A DNA stretch of 64,000 bases from an uncultured bacterium (GTDB lineage: Bacteria; Chlamydiota; Chlamydiia; Chlamydiales; SM23-39): NCBI GenBank assembly GCA_963716985.1, contig OY970323.1, forward strand, positions 896,001-960,000, given 5' to 3'. Position 1 is the first letter of the stretch, and each line of letters starts with the position of its first letter. Below, piece after piece: positions 28,710 through 39,492 of this stretch. A model generated the notes under the pieces. The model did no database searches. It saw nothing but the letters and a program-made list of their open reading frames with translations, and was not told the origin of the DNA. A program made the position numbers and the translations under genes.

Positions 28710-29279
28710 CTACATTATTGAGAACTTTCCACACATCTGCGAAATCCTTTGTACTGCCAGCACATTCAATCGCGAAATTTCTTCTTGCATCCGATCGAAT
28801 GTCTTTTGATGCATTCTTTTTGGTTTGTAAATGAGAATGTCTGAATCTGCACCCAATTTTTGAACCAAGTCCCATTTTTTATCGATGATTCGATTGATCG
28901 CAGATTTATTCTGGCTGGAGTAGGCGAGATTGAGGCATTTCCGGCAGATGAAGATGCCCTTGGGATGAAGATAAAGCTTTTTGCTTCTCCTATTGCAATT
29001 TGGAATTGGACACAGGAACCAATGACGAGTTCCTCCATAGTTGCAGGAGGTTGTCTCGATGGGAATGCGATAAGAACAGTCTGATTCGCTGTAGAAGGAA
29101 AAAAGGGCGTATGAAGAGTAGCATTTGATTTTATATCCATAGATAAATGACTCTTCACCTTCTTCGAAAGGGGAAAGACGATTGTCGTAGATTTCGCTGC
29201 TGTCTACGCTGAGGTATCTTTCCACTCTGTTCTTTGTAATGTGCCTCTTTCTTCTCCAATGGTTCCACCATCCGCTCAT
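28710..29279 (-). CDS. Hypothetical zinc-ribbon protein
   Basis: ATG at 29279 after AAGGAAG; CNYGGTRHWFLCP..C...CRKC..LAYSSQ motif. Confidence 0.65.
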   Translation of the reverse strand: MSGWWNHWRRKRHITKNRVERYLSVDSSEIYDNRLSPFEEGEESFIYGYKIKCYSSYALFSFYSESDCSYRIPIETTSCNYGGTRHWFLCPIPNCNRRSKKLYLHPKGIFICRKCLNLAYSSQNKSAINRIIDKKWDLVQKLGADSDILIYKPKRMHQKTFDRMQEEISRLNVLAVQRISQMCGKFSIM

Positions 29280-29359
29280 GATACTTCCTTTTTTCCCTTT
29301 ATCGAAATCATTAGGGAAAACACCTGGTTTTAACAGGTGCATCCAATGCGGATTGTATC

Positions 29360-30118
29360 TTAGGCGTTGATTTTCTGGGAGGTGGTGGATAAAACCCGAC
29401 AGGAGGTTTGCTGATAGCGACAGAATTTGCATTCGGGCGCTGAATCAGGAATTAGATCGGTATCCATAATGCTCTTGATTTCAAGAAGTTTCAATTCTAT
29501 CCAGGAATCATCCGCATCGTAAGGAATGACGAATACATCGAATGCAAGTGAGCAGCCGGAAGAGTTTTCGTCCTTTTTCCCGTTGCAATAGACAAAGTAG
29601 CCGCGTTTTGAGACCTTGAAGCCGTTTCGTCGAAGGAGCCATTGATAGATTTCCATCTGCCGCTTATAGGAAATTTGCCATTCGGAATCGAGATTGATTT
29701 CCGATGCTTTGCTTGTTGCTTTTACGTCGACAACAACGAGTTCTCCGTCTTCATTGATACAAATCTCGTCGGGAGCTCCGTAAATCAGAAATTGGGTAGG
29801 CTCATGAAGGAATTTAACCCCTCGGCGATTATTCCTCCAATCATCGATATTTTCATGCTGGAAGGGGATGATATTGAGGCCATTCTCGAGTAGAGTAGGG
29901 TGGGGTTTTTGCTCGATTCTGTAGCGATCGAATTCCTTTTTCCACAGAGCATCGATGGCGTTATTAAGAGTGAAGGGAGGTCCGCTTGGACGAGATACTC
30001 CGAATTTTCGATCGAGTACGAAGCAACGAGGGCATTCGCAGAAGAGTTCGATTTTTGATCGACTGAGTTTAAAGGGAGTTGTTGCAATGGAATCTAAATT
30101 TTTCTTTCTTTTTGCCAT
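29360..30118 (-). CDS. Cas4/RecB-like PD-(D/E)XK nuclease (paralog of 24663-25391)
   Basis: LSRSKIELFCECPRCF, GAPDE...VDVKAT, QMEIY and CKFCRY. Confidence 0.88.
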   Translation of the reverse strand: MAKRKKNLDSIATTPFKLSRSKIELFCECPRCFVLDRKFGVSRPSGPPFTLNNAIDALWKKEFDRYRIEQKPHPTLLENGLNIIPFQHENIDDWRNNRRGVKFLHEPTQFLIYGAPDEICINEDGELVVVDVKATSKASEINLDSEWQISYKRQMEIYQWLLRRNGFKVSKRGYFVYCNGKKDENSSGCSLAFDVFVIPYDADDSWIELKLLEIKSIMDTDLIPDSAPECKFCRYQQTSCRVLSTTSQKINA

Positions 30119-30127
30119 ATTGTTTTC

Positions 30128-32719
30128 CTATGATTTCCAGGTAAATTTTGCGATTAGTCCCTCAAGAGATGCTGAAAGATCAACAGAATCATGGGGGATT
30201 AAAAGATAAAGCCATGGTTTAGTAGAGTGTTGCTTAGCATGTTTGCTAGCCAGGTTGCACCAGTGAGTTGCTGCTCGAGCTTTTTGAATTACTACTGGGT
30301 CCTGAAGATCGGAGCTTCTCTTAATTTCACAAAGCAAGAATTTTTGGTCGGTTTCGACAACAAAGTCTGGTTCATATCCAAAATCTGGGTGATAAAAAAT
30401 TTGGAAAACACCTCGAGGAGGCTTTACCCATTTTATCACAGAGATGTCTTGCTCTAGGATACATGCAAATACTCTTTCGGAGTCCGAATCAAATTTTGTT
30501 ATTGGGTAGATGGATTTCCGAAAACCTGAGAACAACAGATTCTTAATTGCAGATTTCTGATCAATAGGTAAGTCAAATGGTTGCGGATCTTGCCCAACAG
30601 GAACTACGTAACGAGCACTCTTTAGAAATGTGAAATCTCGAGCTACTTCCTCGGAAAAACGTTGCTCTGGAGGATCAAAGTGGGCTTGCATTTGCACATG
30701 GATAAGATTAACTAAAGAAGTTTTATGATTGAGTAACACATTTTGTACGTCATTCTCGTTTTTGAGATAGGATCGTAAATGAGCAATCATCTGCTCAGCT
30801 AGAACAAGGATGATGGGTAAGTTCTCTTCAGTATCGGCAATATCATCGAAGTCCAAAAGAGCATTGGCTAACATGTGTTCTGGCGACTCAAGAAATTCGA
30901 AAGGATTTTCGGTGTTTAGGTTTTCTCTAGAACCATCCTCGAGACTTTCCATTACAATTGGATGAGCGATTGTCTGTGGAAAAACATTATCTAATTTCAG
31001 AGAGAATGGGTGATAATAGCCTGGTTTGATCACTTCTAGCTCAACATGAATTCGAGGGATTTTGATTGAAAGCGCTTCCTGTCTTTCTGTGGTCTTTTCA
31101 ACGATCTTTTTGATCTCTTGTTTTTTAACCTCGTCGGTTTCTCCCAATTCTTCTGTTACTTTTTCCAGGAGCTCCTCTTTTCGCCCAGTACCTATGATTT
31201 CGATCTGTTCAAGAGTCTTTTCAGCGATTTGGCGATCAACTTCGTTCAGCTTTGTTACTTCCAGGACAATGGAAGGCGGTATATCCACATTCTTTGATCC
31301 TTCGGGGGGTATATCTACCCCAATGAGGAAGCCTGATTTAATTATTGAATCGGGACGTTTAGCTTCATTAATGATTTCATCAAATCGGTCATGGGAGACA
31401 ATTGTTAATCGATCTATTTCGGTAATACCCGTTCTGCAACCATAAGGTAGACGAAGACCTCTTCCGAGAGATTGCTCAATCAACGTTTTTGAATTTGCAG
31501 CTCTAAGAGGAACAATTGTATAGAGATTAACGACGTCCCAGCCTTCTTTGAGCATATTCACATGGATAACAATTTCGGTTGGATTATCAAATGACTCGAC
31601 CTCGAGAAGATCTTTCACCATTCGTTCTTCTTCATCTGCCTTTATTCCTGAATGGACAACGCGTACCTTGTTTTTATATCGACCCTCGAAGAATTCATCA
31701 CTTTTGATAATAGTTTCGAGTTCATTGGCATGGGTTGTGTTTTGGGCAATAAGAAGCATAAAGGGCTTGATAGCTTTCTTGCCGGATTCATAAGCGTAAT
31801 TTTGAAGAAGAATTTTTGTGTGCTCGTGGATTCGAACCCCATCTTCAATTTTAAGTTTTTCGAGAGCCTGTTCATCATATTCGGAAGCTTTAAAGTTGGC
31901 CCTACCTCCGACCCAAGGCTCTTTAACAAATCCATCTTTTAGAGCTTCGGAAAGTGGATATTGATAAATGATGTTCTTGAAGGAAAGGGTTCGATTTCCC
32001 ATTTCTATTTGAGGCGTTGCGGTAAGCTCTATGCCGAGAATAGGTTTTAGCTCATCAATAGCTTTAGTTGCAGCAGGAGCTCTGTATCTATGAGCTTCGT
32101 CCATTATAACAACCAGGTCCTCGAGCTGTGCTAAATATTCGAAATAGCTCATGCAGTTAACAATTGTTTCGCGAGGATTTTTCATTCTTCGGTTATCAGA
32201 ATGGATCATTGCGATATTGAAAATGTTGATGTGGACTTCATCACCCTTTAAAAAATCAGTTTGTTTAGCATAGCGGTTGCGTATACCTATCCCTTGCTCA
32301 AAGTTAGCTTCGGTAATGATTTGGGGAGGTTTTGTAGCGAATTCAGCAATCCCCTGAAAAACGTACTTGGAGTTACTGGGGTTTGAAAACTCTCTGATGA
32401 GCTTTTCTGCAATCGTGTTATTTGGGGCTATAATGAAAAAGTTACGGAGACCTTTTACTGTGGAGAGGTAAGCGATCATTGCTCCCATCAGGCGTGTTTT
32501 CCCAACCCCTGTGGCTAAAGCAAAGCAGATGTTGGGGAAATTTCTTTCGAAGTCAGCGACATTGCTGAATTTTTCTTTGAGTAAACTTAAGGCCTTAGGA
32601 ATATCACTTTGTTTTTTCATTGGAAGACGATCTGCCAACCAAGCAAGAGCTTTCATTGAAAGTACTTGTGGTTGTCGCAAGCTCATTCTATCGCAAATCT
32701 GTCGTAAGTATTGGATCAT
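30128..32719 (-). CDS. res: Type III restriction endonuclease subunit (second, divergent)
   Basis: LATGVGKT, DEAH, TATP, EGWDV and YEPDF...EIK. Confidence 0.9.
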   Translation of the reverse strand: MIQYLRQICDRMSLRQPQVLSMKALAWLADRLPMKKQSDIPKALSLLKEKFSNVADFERNFPNICFALATGVGKTRLMGAMIAYLSTVKGLRNFFIIAPNNTIAEKLIREFSNPSNSKYVFQGIAEFATKPPQIITEANFEQGIGIRNRYAKQTDFLKGDEVHINIFNIAMIHSDNRRMKNPRETIVNCMSYFEYLAQLEDLVVIMDEAHRYRAPAATKAIDELKPILGIELTATPQIEMGNRTLSFKNIIYQYPLSEALKDGFVKEPWVGGRANFKASEYDEQALEKLKIEDGVRIHEHTKILLQNYAYESGKKAIKPFMLLIAQNTTHANELETIIKSDEFFEGRYKNKVRVVHSGIKADEEERMVKDLLEVESFDNPTEIVIHVNMLKEGWDVVNLYTIVPLRAANSKTLIEQSLGRGLRLPYGCRTGITEIDRLTIVSHDRFDEIINEAKRPDSIIKSGFLIGVDIPPEGSKNVDIPPSIVLEVTKLNEVDRQIAEKTLEQIEIIGTGRKEELLEKVTEELGETDEVKKQEIKKIVEKTTERQEALSIKIPRIHVELEVIKPGYYHPFSLKLDNVFPQTIAHPIVMESLEDGSRENLNTENPFEFLESPEHMLANALLDFDDIADTEENLPIILVLAEQMIAHLRSYLKNENDVQNVLLNHKTSLVNLIHVQMQAHFDPPEQRFSEEVARDFTFLKSARYVVPVGQDPQPFDLPIDQKSAIKNLLFSGFRKSIYPITKFDSDSERVFACILEQDISVIKWVKPPRGVFQIFYHPDFGYEPDFVVETDQKFLLCEIKRSSDLQDPVVIQKARAATHWCNLASKHAKQHSTKPWLYLLIPHDSVDLSASLEGLIAKFTWKS

Positions 32720-34451
32720 CTTGATATTCCTTGTGCTGCCATCGGGACGGTTACTCTTTCACCTGAAGAGGATCCTGATATTTTTTTTCTACGCTTGTTG
32801 GCAGTCTTAGCTTCTGATTCTAGGGCAATTTTAAGACTATAATCATCTCGCCCCCATTCACATCGATTAAGGATGGCTTTTGGGATTTTTTTAATCGTTA
32901 AATTGGGAAATTCCTCTGCATTGGAATTGAATGCTCCACAGTAAATAAGAAGTGTTCGATTAGGGCCAACTTCATCGCTTAGTCGTGCGAGTTGAGCTTT
33001 GCTGAGGATTGACGAAGTTACGTGGATAAAATCCCGTTCAGTTGAATAACCATGCATCCACCAAGGATCACGCTTTTGGCTGAAAGTAAATCCCGAATGT
33101 AGGCACATAGCCTCAGCGAGCATGACAGGATTATACTTTTTACTAATGCACCATCTTCCTAGTGCTCTGTCATAGTTAAAATTTAGGATTATAAGTTTGG
33201 CAACGGTCGGCATAAACTCAAGTCAATTTATCCTAAAATTAAAGGGTGACAGAGCACTAGTCGATTCTTTTCAAGTAAAGAGGGGGCAAGTTCGCAGTAA
33301 CGAAAGCCTCCACCTCCATCCCAATTTGCGGATTGAGTAATACCGCCTTTATCTGTGCCATCTATGACGCGTTCAAGCCGAGGAATAATATGAGTGTGAC
33401 AATGCTTGCCGAGCTCAATCATAATCCAGCGGCGACCCATTTTGTGAGCTACGGCACCAGTAGTTCCAGAACCGGCAAAGCAGTCTAGAACGAGATCGTC
33501 TGCATTTGTCGAAATTTGCAGGATTCGTGCAATTAATCTTTCTGGTTTTGGTGTTATAAAACAATCTTCTGAATTGATTTTTTTTACTTCATTTTTAGCT
33601 TCTGAGTTATCTCCGACTTCTAGCCGTTTCCATAGGGTTGTTGGGACCAGGCCATCTTGGACATCTTTTAGAAATCTTTTCATCATTGGAAGGGAATCAT
33701 TCTTTCCCCATATTATTCTGTTTTCTTTAATCATTTTTTTAATATTGTCTTCACTATATCTCCAATATCTACCTCGTGGCCTCTGGAGCACAATTCCATT
33801 AGGTTTTTTTATTACATAATCAGCAGAATAATAATTTCTTGCATGGATCGGATCTTTTTTCCAAGGACCTCTAGGGTCTTTGTCTGGATTTGAATATTTA
33901 CTTGTCGATTCGCCTCGCGGCATTAAATTCCTTTCCCAATTTTCTATTGATTTTGCATAGCAAAGAATAAAGTCATGGGAACTGGATAGATATTTAGAAG
34001 AATTTTTTCTTGTATGAACTTTTTCCCAAATTATTGAAGAAACAAAGTTTTTTCTGCCGAAAATCTCATCACACATCACCTTAAGATAATGGCATTCGCC
34101 ATCATCGATACTGATCCAAATCGACCCGTCTTCGCGCAATAGTTTTTGCATAATCATTAAGCGCTCTTTCATCATATTGAGCCAAAGAGAGTGCTCGAAA
34201 TTATCATCGTAATGTTTGAATAGGCTTTTAGTGTTGTAAGGAGGATCGATGTAAATGCACTTGGTCTTGCTGGCATAATCACGTTCGAGAGCTTTCAGAC
34301 CCAGTAAATTGTCACCGTAAATCAAAAGATTGTTGTTGATGCCCTTTTTCGAGGATTTATAGATCTCTTTTTCAAGTAAAATACGAGGCTCAGGGGATTC
34401 CCATTTTTCTTTATCAGGCCACATCAATTCTAACTTATGCTTAGGGGACAC
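32716..34451 (-). pseudogene. mod: Type III methyltransferase interrupted by a MITE (545 aa when repaired)
   Basis: IYIDPPYN and DCFAGSGTT. Removing the 98-bp insertion joins the 407-aa and 165-aa ORFs in frame as LLEKNRLGRWCISKKYN. Confidence 0.88.
33163..33256. mobile_element. 94-bp MITE with CTAG (or TA) target duplication
   Basis: ctag|tgctctgtca...tgacagagca|ctag; the TIR extends to 22/27 matches. Confidence 0.88.
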
Positions 34452-36070
34452 TAGACTTTCTCCATGGTTTATTTAAGAGCCCAGTTAATCGTAAAAATAG
34501 TTTCTGATGTCACGGATGGCTGAAGTCGCTTTTCTAGGCGCGAGATAAGGTCATCCCTTTGAAGTTCGATACGATCTTGCTCGGAAAATAGGGTGCGACG
34601 TTTAGCGGTGCGTTGGGATTCTAGGTTTTTGATCTTTTTTTGATTTTCGAGTTTTTCAGCGAAGGTCTTAGATAGAGCTGCAGCTTTTCTAGCGGCTCTA
34701 ATTTCTTTTTCAAGGTCTTTTAATTGATGTTCAAGACCTAATTTTAGGTCTTCGGACCAGGCATCGAGCTTTTCTACCTCTTGATCATAGAGACCTGAAG
34801 CTCTGGCTTCTGTTTGTTTAAGATATCTTTGTTGATGCTGGTCCCTTATTAAGGCGAGTTGTTGGAGTACATTGGTTGGGTCGCTAAAATTGATGACTTT
34901 TGCCTGGAGCTGAAAGAGTTTTTCGCATATTTCTGGATCTAAGATTTCGCCTGAGTCTGTAAAGGCACTTAATAGAAGAAATTCCTCTGAATCAAAGGTC
35001 TCGACGCGGAGTCGGCTCAATTCAAGCCATCCTGACTGGCCAATAAATGGCTCTAAAAGGGAGATCTTGTTTGGATAAGAACTATAATCGAACTCGATAT
35101 GTTGCGTAGTCAGGGGACGGGAAAGAGCTTGATTGATGAGTTTCTGTGCAAAAGGATCATCTTCGCGAAAGAAAGATCCTCCCCTTTCTTCAGCCTGTTT
35201 CCAATTAAGAAAATAATGAGTTCCTTCAATAGAGAAAGAAGGAGCAGTTGGAATTGGAAGCCCTAGCTCATGATAGGTAAGACTTACAAGCCAACGCTCT
35301 CGTTCATTTAATGAGGATTCTGTTTCGCTTTTACGAATTTTTAGACGAGAGGAGACTACCTCGTCAAAATTGTCGAATATACTTTCACGGGTTTGTTTAA
35401 GCTTGGTTTGGATTTGTTCGTCCAGTTCATGCTGAAGGGTGGCAAAAGCTGTCTTAATTTCTTCACTCGTTCGACAAGTTTGATATACTTGGCTGATTCT
35501 CTTTTCAATATCGACTCCCGATTCGATAACACCCAAAACATCATCGCTTGCACCAAAGACCCCATCAAATAGATGGAACTTTTCATCAAGAAGCTCAAAA
35601 ACTCGCTGATCAGCTTCATTTCGTGTGTTAAGGAAATTCACGACAACAACGTCGTGCTTTTGCCCATATCTGTGACAGCGTCCGATACGCTGCTCTATTC
35701 TTTGTGGGTTCCAAGGGAGGTCATAATTGACAACAAGAGAACAAAATTGAAGGTTGATTCCCTCAGCAGCAGCTTCTGTAGCTAAGAGTATTGTTGCTTT
35801 GCTTCGAAAGTGATGAACCAGTGCTGCTTTAATGTCGATGGCTTTTGAGCCCGAAGATTTAGACCCTTCAGGTTGATTTTCTAGCCAGTCCTCATAGATA
35901 GCTTTAGAAGATGGATCGCTATTAGAGCCGTTGATTAAAACAAGTTGGTCTTTATAACCTCTCGTAGAAAGTAAATCATAAAGATAGGCTTGAGTCCTTT
36001 TAGATTCGGTGAAGATGACAGCTTTGCGAGAGGCTCCCAATTGTTGCGCTTTGTCAAAGGCTTCATCTAG

Positions 36071-38047
36071 CCCGACTTTCCTAGTTACGAAATACAAAAA
36101 TGAAAACATTCCCCCACAACTATGTTTGGGTCAATTTTTTTTGCGATACGCTGTCACCCTAAAACAGTTGAGCCTTATCTTGCAGCCTGAGGATGTTTAC
36201 CAGCTTTTGCTGGATTCCTGACATCCTTGTAAGCGTTGTCTCTGTTTTATCTTTGGTTCCTTTGTGTTTGGCTAATTCGTAAGTATTTACAACCTCATTG
36301 ATTCTTCCCAGCTCAGTCTCCAGCCGTTTGTATGATATATTGATTCCGGCTGCTGCAACTCTTCGCTGTAGCGTTTGCCGAAGAAGTAGCGCAATGGAAC
36401 AGTATAAGGCGTGCACCTTAATATGAGCGTCTATCCAGTGATAAAGCGGCCACCAGGTCCCGGTAGCGCGATCCTTGGTTTTCTTGAATATGCCTTCCAC
36501 CAAGTATTGGCTGCGATAAGCTTTGATAATCCTATCTGTATCCCATTCGTGCCTTGTCGTTACGATAATAGTCTTACCAAGATAAGTATCCTCCAGCTTT
36601 GCGAGGGCCTCTCTATCAATATGATATTGCAAAAATGGCACTCCTGTCGTGTCATCTAACGTTACCTCAGTTACTATTACACGGGAAAGAAACTGTCTGT
36701 GCAGTTTGTCCTTGCACTGATTCTCGATACTGGTCTTGGTGGGCTTTTTTCCCTTCGTCACGAGGCCATTCCGCCGATCATTCAATTTCTTTTGCAACTC
36801 TTGCAGCCCATCTATAGCGTGCGTGATATCGTTTTGTAATGTTTTGCGCTGAGTATCAAATAATTCCGGATTGTAGGTGGTTATTGTGGTGAGAAGTATG
36901 CCGCTCACGCGCTTCTTCTTTCGTAGGGCTTTGTTTCCAAGAAGATCTTTGTCCTGACAGGGTCGCAATACTCCGCTACTGTTAGAGATAGCGGCTAACT
37001 CTGTGTGCTCGCCAAGCTTGACCGAACCTACAAAATGAAGCTTCGCCAATTTCAAGAGTTTAAAGTTGTCTTTCGAATTATTTCCCTTGTCAAAGATTAT
37101 CGTTACTTCCGGCTTGCGTGACACTCCAAAGGTGATTTTCAGGAACTTGTCGAATCTACCAATAACATCCAGAAACTCCTTAGCGTCGTTCCGGTTACCC
37201 TCATATACATCATAGTAAAGAGGTATTTGACCGTCGGCGGCGCAAAAGAGTGAATAGCTGACCTGGCGTAGATTGTCCTGGCCCTGCTTATTCTTGCCTC
37301 GCTTGGCAATAGAGCATCGTTCATTGAATGTGTCGATAAAAGTATAGTAGTTGGTGCCGTCATAAGAAATTGATGCCGGATCGATGTTTTCTCTGGTAAT
37401 GACACCCTTAAGAATGGTCGTCCAGATCTGTAGGCATTCTTCGTGACCAAACCGTCGCATATGATCCCAGAATCTCTGAGAACAGAGGCTATCGGCAGAA
37501 GCTTGGGGAACATATCGCACAAGTGCAGTTTCACGGAACCACTGCCACATTGAATTTTTGCTGCTGGCCTGAATCGCTCTATTGAGTGCTGCAATGAGTA
37601 TATACTGTCCAATCGTCAGTCCTTGTGATCGTTTCATGCAAATATTATCGATAATCGCAATGACCTCGGCCCGTCGAGCTTCAAGCCACAGAGCGGTTAT
37701 AATGCCCCACTGGAATACCTGTGCAAACAATGGCTTGCGTCCCGAGCCCTCCACCGCTCTTAGAATATCCTCTGCCTTCCCTAAATACTTTTGCCACACC
37801 CGACGTGGCTTCCCATCAACTCTACGCCATTCGCAGGCGTAATAGTACTTATGACCATTTATTACCTTAGCTTCCACCTGAGCCATACGACTCCTATTCT
37901 TATAGGATTTCTATTTTAGGGGGACACCATACTGGAAAGTCAAGGTAAAAAATTTAGGGTGACAATATTAGTCGCAAAAAAATGCCCTCAGATAATCCTG
38001 TAAGGGCAAATTAGGATGAATGAGTTTGTCTAACTAGGAAAGTCGGG
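36071..38047 (-). mobile_element. IS1634-family insertion sequence, 1977 bp
   Basis: Perfect 17-bp TIR cccgactttcctagtta at 36071-36087 and 38031-38047; CTAG duplicated at 36067-36070 and 38048-38051. Confidence 0.92.
36159..37886 (-). CDS. IS1634-family DDE transposase
   Basis: N-terminal GHKYYY...RRVDGKPR...YLG; catalytic YDGT, FDKG and VEGIFK. Confidence 0.88.
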   Translation of the reverse strand: MAQVEAKVINGHKYYYACEWRRVDGKPRRVWQKYLGKAEDILRAVEGSGRKPLFAQVFQWGIITALWLEARRAEVIAIIDNICMKRSQGLTIGQYILIAALNRAIQASSKNSMWQWFRETALVRYVPQASADSLCSQRFWDHMRRFGHEECLQIWTTILKGVITRENIDPASISYDGTNYYTFIDTFNERCSIAKRGKNKQGQDNLRQVSYSLFCAADGQIPLYYDVYEGNRNDAKEFLDVIGRFDKFLKITFGVSRKPEVTIIFDKGNNSKDNFKLLKLAKLHFVGSVKLGEHTELAAISNSSGVLRPCQDKDLLGNKALRKKKRVSGILLTTITTYNPELFDTQRKTLQNDITHAIDGLQELQKKLNDRRNGLVTKGKKPTKTSIENQCKDKLHRQFLSRVIVTEVTLDDTTGVPFLQYHIDREALAKLEDTYLGKTIIVTTRHEWDTDRIIKAYRSQYLVEGIFKKTKDRATGTWWPLYHWIDAHIKVHALYCSIALLLRQTLQRRVAAAGINISYKRLETELGRINEVVNTYELAKHKGTKDKTETTLTRMSGIQQKLVNILRLQDKAQLF

Positions 38048-39391
38048 CTAGAGCAGACACAAGAGCTTCTCCTTTGGAATTAATGCGAATTTTTTCGACC
38101 AGTTCTAAGTAGCTCCGAAGTTCAAGAATCTCTTCACGAATTTTATCATGGTGGACTTTGGTTTCCTCATCTTGTGGAGGCAGAAGATTTTCTTTCCATT
38201 CTTGGCTGATCGTTTCTAGTAACTCTATTTCTTGAGTGTCCAACAGCGCTTGAGCGCCTGCTTGTTTTTCTAGCCTTCCAACTAAGACGCGTAAAGTATG
38301 TGCGATAGCGTAAGAAGAGGAGGCTAAAAGCTTGCGTAAGATGAGAGTGATGAGTTCTCTTTGGCTGTTTGGAAGGGCATATAATGAATCTTTTTGTAAA
38401 TAAGCTGAGAGTCCTTCATAGAGTCTTTGTTCATCATCACTAGGATCAAATTTCTGAGTAATCGCAACTCTATTAGTGAAAGGGATGTATTCTTTCACTT
38501 GTTTACGTAAAGTACGAGTAACAACAGGAGCAATGCGCTCTTTTAGTTGTCTATTGCGCGATTCCTCATCCTTGGATTGAACGAATTGTTGTTTAAAAGA
38601 GTTTTCATCTCCAAAAATGTAAGGATCGATAACGCTTACGAGGCCGAAAAGTTCCATGAGGTTATTTTGTAGAGGTGTTGCTGTCAGTAAAAGCTTCGGA
38701 CGGTCTTTCAGAGCAGTAGCGATGGCTCTTGCTTGCTTGTTTCCGCTTTTGTAGACATTGCGAAGACGGTGCGCTTCATCGATAACGGCAAGATCCCATG
38801 AAATCTCTGAGATTAAATTTTCTTTTTCTACTGCAAACTGATACGAACAGATCAAGACTTTCTCGTCGGAAAGGAAGGGATTACCATTTCCTTCAGTTCG
38901 AGCATTTTGAAAGGTTTTGGAATCAAGAACCGCAGCGGGTAGAAAAAATTTATCTGCTAGCTCTTGCTCCCACTGTTTTCGAAGGAATGCTGGTACGATC
39001 AAGAGAATTCGTCTCTTTTTTTCTGCCCATTTTTGAGCAATGACAATACCAGCCTCGATTGTCTTCCCAAGGCCCACTTCATCAGCAAAAATGACTCCTT
39101 TAGATAGGGGGGATTGTAAAGCAAACAATGCTGCGTGGACTTGATGTGGATTGAGATCTACACGAGCATTAGCAATTGAGCGCGAAAGATTATGCACGCT
39201 GCTGGATGCATTTTTTAACGTGAGGGCATATGCCCAATATTTGCTGTGAAAGTCTGTCATGCTTTTTATATCCTGATCCCGAAAATAATATATAATTAGC
39301 ACATTTAAGTTAATTTAAATTAATTGCTTAAAATGAGTTAAATAATTATTGCGATGTAAAATTCTTGTTTAATAAGATTATTATACTGATT

Positions 39392-39492
39392 AGTGTGTAA
39401 GGCACATGAAAGAAGAGAGAAAGGTGTGTGATAAGAGCTATTCATTTTAAAGAACTTACAGAAATCACACACCATGTACACAAGAGTTCACA
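39392..39492. repeat. Convergent TGTG/CACA repeats downstream of the helicase gene (ori-like)
   Basis: ggtgtgtgat (39423-39432) and atcacacacc (39464-39473) form a perfect IR around an AT-rich spacer, with extra gtgtgtaa and tacaca units. Confidence 0.4.

Larger units (their letters stand above)
34469..39260 (-). pseudogene. SNF2-family helicase split by an IS (936 aa when repaired)
   Basis: The 38034-39302 and 34469-36109 ORFs are the N- and C-halves of a paralog of 21829-24666. Excising the IS gives ALVSALDEAFDK in frame. Confidence 0.92.

Noticed and set aside
24663..30118. CRISPR-Cas locus suggested by the Cas4-like nucleases
   Set aside because: No repeat-spacer array and no cas1, cas2 or effector genes were seen in the window.
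32716..33213. Independent 165-aa gene
   Set aside because: It is the C-terminus of mod; its apparent start lies inside the MITE.
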